Shown here: positions 1 through 10,900 of the stretch, piece after piece | Position numbering within the stretch: the first letter of the stretch is position 1 | Layout: every line of letters begins with the position of its first letter | Source of the DNA: Ramazzottius varieornatus | Taxonomy: Eukaryota > Animalia > Tardigrada | NCBI GenBank assembly: GCA_001949185.1 | Contig: BDGG01000005.1 | Location: forward strand, 1,849,249 to 1,913,248 | Length of the DNA: 64,000 nt | Direction of reading: 5' to 3' | The notes under the pieces: generated by a model | Databases searched by the model: none | The model's input: the letters and a program-made list of their open reading frames with translations, nothing else | What the model was told of the DNA's origin: nothing | Position numbers and translations under genes: made by a program

Positions 1-3000
1 GAAAGTGTTCGATCTCTTCCAGCGTGGCGTCGACACCAGCAACACCTATCGTTCTGAACAGTAGGAAAACGCCGTTAGCTAACCCATAGTGGGGAGTTGG
101 GCAAACAAGAGCGACCAGATTCTCTGATCCCAGGTGGCGCACGTTGTTAGCGTATCTTGCTGGTAACATGCGCCACTCGATAAAGTGATGTAGACGAATT
201 TGTATGCCGAGTTCCTGTTACCCATGTATACCGGTAAAAGTCCTGAACTTAAAAAGTGAGCGTTGTGTAAAATTTTGAATGAGATTAGAGGAGTCTATAA
301 AAAACTTGGTCTGGAGAACAAGGTTTTGGAACATCGTGGTGAGCTTCTGGTTGGGCCGGTTTACTCCGATGTAGACTTGCCTGCCAGTGATTTTGCTGAC
401 GGCTGGTACGGCATACGTGATGGCAACACCTAATCCCCAAGCGTCGAGATAAGGCGCTGTCCATAATCCTTCCCACTCCATTGTCCGCTGGGACAAGTAG
501 TCAAAGTATGGCCGCATCTTATTGATCAAGTCCTCTCCCGTTTCCAATCGCACCATCACGCCACCATTCGCGCAAGACAAGTTCCCAGGAAAGACTTCGC
601 CCTCGTCCACCGTCAAGAAGCTGAATATGCGAGCCTATGGAACGTATGCATCATTACGCGAAAAACCTTTACCGGCTTTGTGTCACACTAGTATATGGGA
701 ATCCGCCAAGCAGACCCCATAACATCGTTTCCCCAGGTGGCGCACGTTTTCGGTTTTCCTGGCTGAGAGTGTGCGCCAGTTGAAATCTAGTATTTTGCTC
801 AGTTTATTTACCTTGGGAAAAATTTTGGCATTTCTGTTTTCCGCCACGTTCCATACTTTGGTCCAGTTGTATCGACATACCGGTCCCGGAACATCTACCA
901 CAACCAACACGTTATCATAACGATGACACACATACATGGTAAACGAACATTCAGCGAAGCTTACATCCGGAACGGGTGTAGTAGCCCGGCGCACAGCGAA
1001 CTTCCTCGTTGTCGATGTCTAGAAAAACAGAGCATAAATTTTTCGAGTTGCACAATGTCGTAAAGGAGGTTGAAGCAGCGGACCTTTTCCATCTGTAACG
1101 AAGACTATAATACTCTGACAATGCGAGCGACGGGTGCTTTGCAGTAGATCGAACGCAATACGGAATCCAATCCTTGAGGAAGGAACCGGAAATAAAATTT
1201 TGGTTATCCAATAACATTGCTATATTCAGCCGAAGCCTTTCAGGAGATATGGTGAGCACGGTTCCATTATGAGCTCGTATGAGGAACGATGAACGGGTGA
1301 GATTATCGATTGAAAGGCCTGACCACTGATTATCCGCCAAATTCGCTCGGTTGACTTACTCGAGCTCCGATGTACCGCCGGCTTGTAGTTGGCTGACCTT
1401 TTCAATGAGGTCCTTGCGGTGAGCATTGGTGGCAGGTACTAATGATCCGGACTGACAGCCCAAAACCTCCGATGTGTAATAATGCCACCTATGGAACGAA
1501 GGGACATTCTGATCATGTAAAGTCATGAACGTCAGGGATCGATTAGGCCTCGTCGGACAAGTTACTTACAGTCCGACGGAATCCCAGTGGCTCTCTCTTG
1601 CGCAAACAACGTTAACCCAGTCTGTAAAAAGGGAAGCATGAGAAATTGTAAGTTGCTGTCCATTAAGCGTGATGAAAGGATACAAGAGCGCAGTAATTGA
1701 AAAGGCTCACTGCGACGCTGTGAGGAACTCACCAACCTTGCTTAGTCAGCGTGTTGATCACTGTGATAGCAACCGATTTGGCGATATCAAACTTCTTGCC
1801 AATCATCGAGGCACTGTCAGGAGAAAACTGAAGTGTCAGTTGATGTTTATTTTTCTTCAATTTCGGGAGAGAAAGTCCAGCAAACCTGCAGTCAAGTACT
1901 ATCACAACATCTTTCGGGCCGCTGGAAGCGGCGATATGCCTGCAAGAAAAACCCATGTCATTGATAATTCCAAAACGAATTTTCCATGAATAATTTACTT
2001 TTATCGATAAAATGAGAAATGAAATAAAAGAAAGCGAATAAAGTTCGAGATGAAAATGATAGTGGGGTTTTTCATCGAATTTCTGTTGAGTGTACGGTAA
2101 CTCGGCAAGCAAACGCGAAATTACGGTTTTCCCACCCAAGTGGCGCAAGCTCCCACTCAACAACAATGAGAGCATGCGCCAATTGGAAACTGCAAGATCG
2201 TTCTTTCGAGTGCCACGCAGTTTGAGCGTTATTACCTGGAACCACGCGCCACTGGAAAATAATTATCTTTTGGACTTTGTTTGCCTAGTTCCCATATGAC
2301 CGAATTTCAACCAGAAGTAGAGGAAGCGTGGAGTCTTACCACGGGCGGATTCTGGGATCGTAGTCATTGTAAAAGCCCGCAAAGTTGGTATCCCATTCGC
2401 GACCGGGATATAATCGAATCAGGCCCAAATTGGTTCCAAAATATTGCCATCTGTGTAGACAGGAATAAATTACAATGCGGGACGGTAGTGTTACACATTG
2501 GTGGCACAGTTGATAACCAGCTATGCTGACACCCCTAATCTGATTACTCTTTTACCGAATATGCTGGTCGGATTTGCGGTTCTGCCGAAAGACACCATCT
2601 AACTCAACGGTATAATAAACGGCATCAAGGACGGCCTCGTCGTCCCGCGGGACCTGGTCGGGGATCTTCACGGTACTGTAGTCATGATTGACTTCCTGCT
2701 TGAAGTACCTGTAACGCAGTTATACAGTACATTCTATAACATCGTTTTAACCAAGTTACGCGGTCCACATCGAACTCAACAACGCGACGTTCGGCATCGC
2801 GCGAATAGAACGATCAAAGTGGCGCACGTCCAGACTGCTGTTAGCTGAGAACGTGCGCCACTTGGGTCGACGAGTTGGTAAAATTCATTTTCCCACTACA
2901 CAAAATATCGATCGTGAATTTTTCATCGTTAACAGAAGACCCGAGGAAGTTGGAGGAATCATTAAAGCGAACACTGGAAATATGTCTTACGTGCTGAATC

Positions 3001-4039
3001 GTTTAGGCAGGACTGTCGATGGAATATCCGAGTCGCGGTACAGGTTTAACGGCATGTCCCGCAAGCGGCGGTACTTGATGGTTTCATTCCTTCGCTTCTT
3101 GATCAAATACTCATCATGGAGCTTTACCACCGCTGTGGCGATTCTCTGTAGGAATATGGCAAGGGATTTAGGAAACATCATTTTCCATAATGATCGGCCC
3201 GATTAGCGTCAATGGCCTCGAAGTTGTGACGCTAATTAACCCCAATGTCCCACGATCAAGACATTTTCCAAGACCGGCGAAAAGGCTCGGCCATAGAAAA
3301 ATTACCTCTGCCGCCACACGCTTCCGCATGAGGTAGTCGCCCAAACTAGCCTGGACATTGGACAGTAAAGTATCCCCGTCTTTTGATTCAAAAGTGTAGT
3401 TCGCCGAGTCGAACAAGGCTTGAGTTTTGTCTCTTCCGATTCCATGGTTGGCGAGCTACAAATAAACAAACTTACTTCCAAATAAGTTGACAAATAAGCC
3501 TTCAAATATGTAAGGTGTTATAGCTCAAAGTTACGTCGAACGAATCTGTCGCAACTACCATGCAGATCGCTTACAACGCGTGAATTTTTTAAGTATATTT
3601 GTACAGTACACGCAAGACGAGAAATTATGCACAGGCGGAAAGGACGGCAAGATGGAAATTCGACCGTAGAAAAGTGTCGAAAAATGTATTACTTTGAATC
3701 GGTCGCGTACGTACGCGCTCCCGTACCACCGTAGCGAAAAGGCCTGTACCGTAATTTTTACTGTACCATGATTTCTCGTCCTGCGTGTACCGATAGCCGC
3801 AAAATCGCGTAAACTGTCACATGTCGAATTCATACTGGTCAAAATTCGTTCAGATGAGTTCTTACCTCTAAAATGTAATTCTGAATGAGGGTTGCCCAGT
3901 TCTGTACATCGCCCGACAAAGTTCCTTTGGAGGCCATTTCTTCGGGCGAAGATCCAAATAGTTCCGCTATTGCGCCAGCATGAAAGGTCACCAGTATCAC
4001 AGAAGGAATAATCACCAGAATCAAAGACTTAGGCATCAT
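1..4039 (-). CDS. VWA- and cache-domain protein (CACHD1 / calcium channel alpha2delta-like), multi-exon, 3' end beyond left edge
   Basis: Spliced translation gives signal peptide MMPKSLILVIIPSVILVTF (exon 3866-4039), VWA_N-type WQYFGTNLGLIRLYPG...YDPRIRPWH, VWA with MIDAS PKDVVIVLDCSASM, and cache-type WTAPYLDAWGLGVAITYAVP...GVAGVD. Confidence 0.85.
90..216. mobile_element. Family A foldback element (in intron of CACHD1-like gene)
   Basis: GGGGAGTTGGGCAAAC...CAGGTGGCGCAC-N25-ATGCGCCACTCG...TGCCGAGTTCC. Confidence 0.8.
695..812. mobile_element. Family A foldback element (intron of CACHD1-like gene; right arm reaches the splice donor)
   Basis: ATGGGAATCCGCC...CAGGTGGCGCAC-N25-GTGCGCCAGTTG...AGTTTATTTACC. 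Confidence 0.8.
2095..2297. mobile_element. Family A foldback element, double-core (intron of CACHD1-like gene)
   Basis: CTCGGCAAGC...CAAGTGGCGCAA-N25-ATGCGCCAATTG...GAGTGCCACGC..ACGCGCCACTGG...TTGCCTAGTTCCCATAT. Confidence 0.75.
2790..2896. mobile_element. Family A foldback element (intron of CACHD1-like gene)
   Basis: AAGTGGCGCAC-N25-GTGCGCCACTTG core at 2817-2864; arms degenerate. Confidence 0.75.
3609..3787. mobile_element. TA-flanked MITE-like element with ~21-bp TIRs (intron 1 of CACHD1-like gene)
   Basis: TA|CACGCAAGACGAGAAATTATG ... CATGATTTCTCGTCCTGCGTG|TA; 22/24 match including flanks. Confidence 0.75.
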
Positions 4040-5306
4040 GGTTTCCTGCACGAGCACACCTCCCACTAACTCAGCAAAGGTATAAATACGACTGGCAGAT
4101 GTCGATTACTTCCTCCGGTAGGAGTACAGGTTAAGGTAACCCGACATGCCACATCAATCGATAAGAACCATCACTTTAATTAGTGCGGCGACCCAAACCA
4201 AAACGCATCCACCGTTATTCAATAGCGATAAAAACGGTGTGATATCAAGCGATGGAAGAAACACCAGGAAGATTCATAAAGCTATCAGATTTGATAGCAA
4301 AACGCTGTAGGGAAGGGAGGGTGAGAAGGAACTGGTGGTGTGGGAAAAGGTCCCTCTTGAGAAACGTTAATGCTGTCGTTTGTGTGAAACCATACACGGC
4401 GGGCAGGAAAGATTGGTCGGGGAAGTTGGCGGATGGGGCAAAGTTGTCAAGAAATCAATCATGGACGTGTCGACATTGGTCCGACGGGGGAGAGGACTAA
4501 AGGGGACGAGATGGAAAGCCAAATAGCAACGTGAGAAGACGCTGTCAGGCCATGGACAAAGTATAAACTCGTTGAACGGGACGCAGATGCTTGGCTTTAG
4601 CATTCGTTTTTCCTTTCCTCCACTATGTACACCCTTCACCGGGATACCCATCGATAATCAATAGCTTATATTACAGCGAATATTTGAACAAGGAGAACCC
4701 GCGGTATATATGGCTTTTTACCCAATATGCAGCGCGTATATAAGAGGGCATGGCTGGACAATTCATTACTTTGTCAACCTAATATCACTGCCGGGCTACT
4801 CCGCACAGATCCTTTTCAGGAGACGAGTCCTTTTTCTTCTTCCAGCAATGGCGACATACTGTTTCGGGGATAAAAAATGAGTGCAATCAATCACAATGGC
4901 AATCACGAATGGCCAAACTCGGAGCGTATCTGTATCGATGAATATTCCCTATCGAATCCAAAGCCTAAATGCCTTTCTCATTTTTTCCTCCCATCCTTCC
5001 CATCACTTCCTTCTCCTTGCCTTGTATACTGAACATACATTTTCTGGGCACAGCCACATAGTCTAGTGGATCAAGTTGTTAAGACTGAAGCAGCTGGCTC
5101 CTTCTTTCTCGTTGGTGAAGCTCTTGTTAGCTCTTGAGAAAAGTGTGGGAAATGCTTCGTAACGCACCACTTCGTCCTTCCCAGGGATCGAAAGAAGGAA
5201 GCTACGATGACGAAGGACGGATGCACGCAACCTTATTCATAAGCCTGGTGAGGACCTCTGAGGAAGTATAGGCTCGATCGTCATCCCCATTTTAGCCATT
5301 TCCGAT

Positions 5307-5434
5307 ATAGGAGCTGGGCAAACCAACTCGAGTAGATCGGTTTCCCAAGCGGCACACGTTTTCAGTGTTTTTAGCTGATACCATGCGCCACTTGTAAACG
5401 CTGTCTGGTCGAGTTGGTTTGTCGAGCTCCCATA
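5307..5434. mobile_element. Family A foldback element, full length (intergenic)
   Basis: ATAGGAGCTGGGCAAACCAACTCGA...CAAGCGGCACAC-N25-ATGCGCCACTTG...TCGAGTTGGTTTGTCGAGCTCCCATA. Confidence 0.85.
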
Positions 5435-7169
5435 TTGCAAAACGCAGCCCCAACCGGCAGTCTCTCATCTGGTCACGCTTTCATAGTCACAATTCGATGG
5501 CAACTATGTGGTGCGTGACCCTGCCCGACAAGAGTTTCCGCAGATTTTATATTTCTGGGTAATAGTTTGGAGATCTCTGGAGAGGGAAAGGAAAGGCTGG
5601 TTCGTGCAGTCTGCCGTGAATAACGGCATGCGGGACAAAGGTAAAACCAGCCATTATGGAAGAAAATTACCTTGTCCTACAGATGTGAAGAAGGAAGTTC
5701 GGAGGATCGGAGGGTAATTAGCATATTGATCCCCGAAGAGGCTACACTTTGTGTTTTTTTTACTGTGCATGAGAAACAGAAAGGTTCCTGGATACTGTGA
5801 CAGAACTCAATAGAAAAAATGATCAACTGATCCCCGACAAAATTTTGATATGGCAGGCTACCTCATGAGAACATGTTGGAAAAGTCGGGAAGGATGTTAG
5901 TCATGAAGAACTAATTTTCACGTTTGGGAGGAGCGAGTTTTACAGATGGCGACACTCTCCCCTGTTCTCTTCGCTGCCGCACCGCACGATCTGTGGTTTC
6001 TTAGCCTTCGCCTTACGCAGTCTCCCCCAAGCATCCTGTTTTGCTCTGATATAAAAGCCGAAGGAAAATGGAACTTCGAAAGACTGAGGTCTTAAAGTTG
6101 GTACGAAGCGGAGCAACATACCTTCAGTTCATTTCGAGCGTACGGCGTTCGCGAACTTCACCGTCGTAGGTTAGCGAGTCTCACCGACTGTATTCCCGAA
6201 GATCATTCACGCAGGAACGATCCGAGGTCTGAAGGTACAAGAAAAATGAAAGAGTTATTTTGTTGGATTAGTAGTCTGCGGCAATTGAACGGGACTCAGG
6301 TGAACAAGAGGTACAATCTCGAGTCGGAAGAAAGATCAATAATGACCATAATCTCTGCAAGAAATTTCGCAGTGGATGAATTGCATACCTTTACAGTTAC
6401 CTGTTCATCGCCGGAGATGATGAAGCACTGCATCCTTGTCTGATGCTCGATCTGATACTCGTACAGCTTTGATTGCTGCTCCGGACATAGCTAGAGTGCT
6501 CGGTAAGCCAGATGGCGAGGTTATCAAATATCGATCCTTTAATTCAGCCAGGTGATACGGTTCCACCGAGACAGCTACCAGATTTGTGGACCTTTATGAG
6601 CGCTCAGGTTCGTCATACGAAGCCCTTCAACGATGGTCCAGCGGAACAGACAGGATTTTCTGGTTGGTTTCCGGCGATGTCGTTTCCCTCGGATGAGAGA
6701 AAGATTCGCGACACTTGCAACCATTCTAAAGTTCAACCTTGAAGATTTAATTCCGTTGATATTCCCTCATAGAGACTTTGAGCAGTTTTGTGGAAGTTCT
6801 GGTGCCTTGAAGACATCTGAGAACTTGGACCGCAGCTGAAACAGAAACTCACAGTGACTTCCGCCAAAGCTACATCTGACGTCATGCACAAACGCGTGAT
6901 CAAGTGATTTGTATGGCCTGCTCCGTGAGGTAAACTATGACGTCATCACGAGAATGTAGTAAACTTGCCTTGCTCGCTTGGCCGAAAGGTTTGGAGATAC
7001 AGCCGTACACCATCCTCCGTCCAGCTTCCGTGAGCTTGACGCTGATCTATTCCTTCCAAGGAAACGATCTCACAGAAAGGTGCCCAGGGAGTTCAAACAT
7101 ATCCAGAATGCGCCACAAAAGAAAGAATCGATCTTTGGTGGGATAAGTATGTATGTGCATGATTCGAAC

Positions 7170-7290
7170 GCACGTGACGAACGTATTTTGCGCGTGCCCA
7201 CGTGTTGCTGTTGCGGTGCGCTTGCGCATTCGGTGCAAAAAACTCGATTGATTGGCTGTCCAGCGTGCCACACCTCCAGTGACGTAACAT
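7170..7290 (+). promoter_or_regulatory. Candidate promoter region of the AF10-like gene
   Basis: Two CACGTG E-boxes, inverted CCAAT (GATTGGCT) and TGACGT within ~120 bp, ~700 bp upstream of the ATG; motif-only evidence. Confidence 0.3.
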
Positions 7291-7975
7291 AATGTCCACC
7301 TCCCACTTCGGACTGGACAAGCTACATAGAAATCGAAGACATTCCACCAAACGTTAGCCCGCCTATCCTCATATCACTGCTCTGATTTCTACCTTTGACG
7401 CTCATATATGGTTGTACACGGTAGCATACCACGTACAGCATGATCTCGAGTCTCGACAACCGGAAAACGGCTCCAACATCAGCGTGGCCGTCGCTGTTGT
7501 TGCCCACTCGCTCTTCTCAAGTTGCCGTCGAACGCTGTCAGGCCACATTTTGGCGAAAGCTTGCAAAAAACCAGTCTTTGTGTGCTCTTGGATTGTGAGC
7601 GAGGCTTTTTCGACTCACGTCGTCTCGTTCAAATCCTCTTGTCGTGCCACGGATTCCATTCGCTGAATTTTTTTTATTTCAATTTCTCCTGGTGGCAGAA
7701 TCGACCAGTATTTTATTCTTCAAGGAATATCCGGAAATAATCGGTAGGAATTTTATGTCGAACATTTTACCAACCGGAAGTCGAAATTCATTCTGAAACA
7801 AAAATCCAATATCTTGGTTGTAATTTTGATTTTGCTTTTGTTGGTTTTGGTTCAGGATTTTCAGCACCATGTACCATCGACGTACCGGAAGTGGACACGT
7901 GGAATTTTAACGCGGCGATCGTTCGGATTAGAATTTCATCGGGTGTGCTGCCAGAGGAAATTCTACGGACAATCA

Positions 7976-10900
7976 ATGGCTTATCCCAGCGACTATGGAT
8001 GCGCCGTCTGCTCGGAAGAGTCTGCTCCTCACGAGGATAACCCCTTAGTCTTCTGTGATGGTTGCAATGTCTGTGTTCATAAAGGTAAAAATCACACACA
8101 TATCATTCTACTCAGACTGATATCCAGGTAAGTTTTGGTATCGAAATTCGCTAAAAATGAAAGGGGTTTTTGCTCAATGATGTTCGGATTGGATACATAT
8201 CTATTAATTTTAGTTATTTTCGGGTAATTTTCTTTGTGTCAAACAGCTGTTCGGCTTGGGCATTTAGGATCCGACATCGTCGAATTGCGAAAGGCTTTTT
8301 GCTCTTTGGCATGGAATCGCTGAAGCGCGACCGGAGTAAATTACAGTGCGATTTAGCCCGAGTTTGGCAGCGCCTTCGAATTCGGCTGCTGTTTTTTGCT
8401 GGGTGGGCAGTTTGTGCTGACCGCACAATTTTCCCTCTGTTGGCCTGTCTGTACTTGCAAGCCTTGCAACGGTGAGTCTTTGCATAGGCAAAGTTCGTTG
8501 GCGACCTGTCAAACCAGCTTGTTCTCCATGACGCTCCATTGTTGATCGTTCCTGCACGGCCGCAGCTTCAATCAGCGCTTTTTTCTTCAAGTGCCCCTCT
8601 GCACAAACCTTCGCCCATCGAGTTCAAAGTCTGTCCCGATTGGAAGAGAAAGCCAGAATAATTTCCTGATAATTTCGCCTTGTTGAAAAGTTGATACGAA
8701 TTTTCCAAATATTCCTGACGGCAAAGTGTCGTCGATTTTCGACCGGGGAGAGAACCTGTCCAGAATCTCAAGATTTTGTGGACGAGATAAGTCGCGAACG
8801 ACAAATTGGAAGGTCCGGGAGAACCCTGAGCTTGTGTCTTGGCTTAGAGAGAAATTGGCAGTTAGCCAAACCTCATCAAGCAGACAGGCTTCTGTTCGGT
8901 ACGGTTGCGGTGCGACGGAAAAGCGGTCTAGTGACGTTAGTGGGTTTCATTGCGCTGTCCGATTCGCAGTGATGTCAGGGGTACTGTAGGAAGTGGTCGA
9001 TCTGTTGGGCGTACAGAGTGAGTGATGTACTGCGTCGTGTTTCGCTAAAGAGTACACAGGGTGATCCGTGTGTGGCGTCGAGTTCTGCTAATGGTTCGTT
9101 TTATGGTGATGAGCGAAAGCGATTGCACTCGGAGTCTCTGGCGTTTGTGGTTGATTGGATAGATGAATTTTAAGCATGCTCAGCATGGACGCTTTTGTAG
9201 GGCAAGAGTATGTACATTTCCAGGACGAGGACGAAGAAGAAAGGGACTAGAAGAGACTGCGTCGTTGTAAGGACATCGTCTCGCATAATTACAGACTCAA
9301 ACAGAAGGGAATCGATATCGTTTTCCCTGGGTGCGTTTACTCTATAGCGTGGTCGATAAGGAAATGGTGTGGCCGATCGAACTCTGGTCTGTGTCATCAT
9401 AAGCCGCGAACTCGGCATTGGCTCAGCTGAGCTTCGCCATGAACTTTGGTTTTGTGTTTTGCTTTTGACATGACATGTTCGGCCCGAGGAAAGAGTTGCG
9501 ACGATAACGGCTTTGGTGGACAAGGAAACGATAAAGAGAAGCTTACGTTGACGGACATGCAGATACGATACGGTAGCTGGAGCCTTCTCAAGTTCGTCTT
9601 GTCAACGTCAGGTGGTTATATACCCCTGTCTCGTCTTTCCGTCATCCAGGCACCAGGCGAAATTAGCCTGTCGAATTTTGACAGCAGGCAAATATTGTTG
9701 CTTGGGAGGAACTTGATAATTGTGCGCCCGCTACTTGTCCTACATGTCCCAGAATGCGCCACTTGGCCACGTGGATCTAGCGTTGATAACTAACTTTCTT
9801 GCCAGACAGCTCGCCAGGATTTCTACTTTAAAGATGACTGAGCCACGGCAGGGCGCGCCAACTATGCGTACTTGGAGCTGCCTGTCCAATTGGTCCAGAG
9901 GGCCGCCCATTTTGCTTTGGGCACCACCCACCAGTGGATCGTGAATGGACTGCGCGTTGTGGTTCAGGCCTAAGTGCGTCAGACATCAACTGTGGTTGGA
10001 TCGAGAGAACCGTGACGTCATGCGCTCGAGTTCAGCTTACACTCGACCACGGTACAGGATTGGAGCAGGTTGAATCAAGTGAATCAAGTAGACGGCTCAA
10101 TGGTTTCGAAGCACGAAGTAACTTTCTTCCGTGGGGTTCGCTGCTGTCTGAGCTGTTTCAAAGCCATCTTTCACGACTTGACCCGAAAATCTTGATAGAG
10201 TTTCTTACGGTGCGAACGTCGAGATTAATGGGTGGTTTCTTGTATTGTGCTTTGAAGTGAGGAAACGAATGTGGTTAAGAACAATTAATATGGTGGCTTG
10301 GTCAGCGTGGAACGCGTGGCTTTTATTTATGGCATAGTGATAACGGACAAGCGTTGAGCTCGCTGGAGTGGATAATAAATGTTTGGTACTGTTGAAGCGG
10401 AGAAAACGCGTTAGCTTTCCTCAAGGTCGCACTGTCCTGATAAGGCTTGAAGATTATTTATGATGATTTTATTTGCGCCCTCCAATTACGCCTGATAATT
10501 GACGGTGGCAAAGTAACCGAGAACGATCCACGCTGGGCCCGTTACAGGACAAGACAAAAGTGGCCATCAAATCGATTTCACACAGCTCGTTGACTCTTCG
10601 TAACGACGATACTGATTTGTCGCTCTGCAGAGAGCGAAGCGGAAGCTCTCACCCATATCAACTGGCGCAGCTACCCCCATCAGTCGGCGCAGTTACCCAT
10701 GTGAACTGGCGCACTTCAGAATAAAGCGGGAGATTGTGTTGAGTTTCTTTTGTCGATAACTGGAACTTAAATTTGTGGTTTCGCAGCTTACAAACTGTTC
10801 CTTTGTACTGTCTAAACTGTCCGTGGAGGTCGATGAAAATTGGTGGTTATGTCGGGTAATCGAGCGATTTTAAGTGGCGGCTGTTGCATATTCAGTGCGG

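Noticed and set aside
4200-7000. Possible gene between the CACHD1-like and AF10-like genes
   Set aside because: Splice-like signals exist on the minus strand, but the frames I tested contain stops and no motif was recognised; a lncRNA cannot be excluded.
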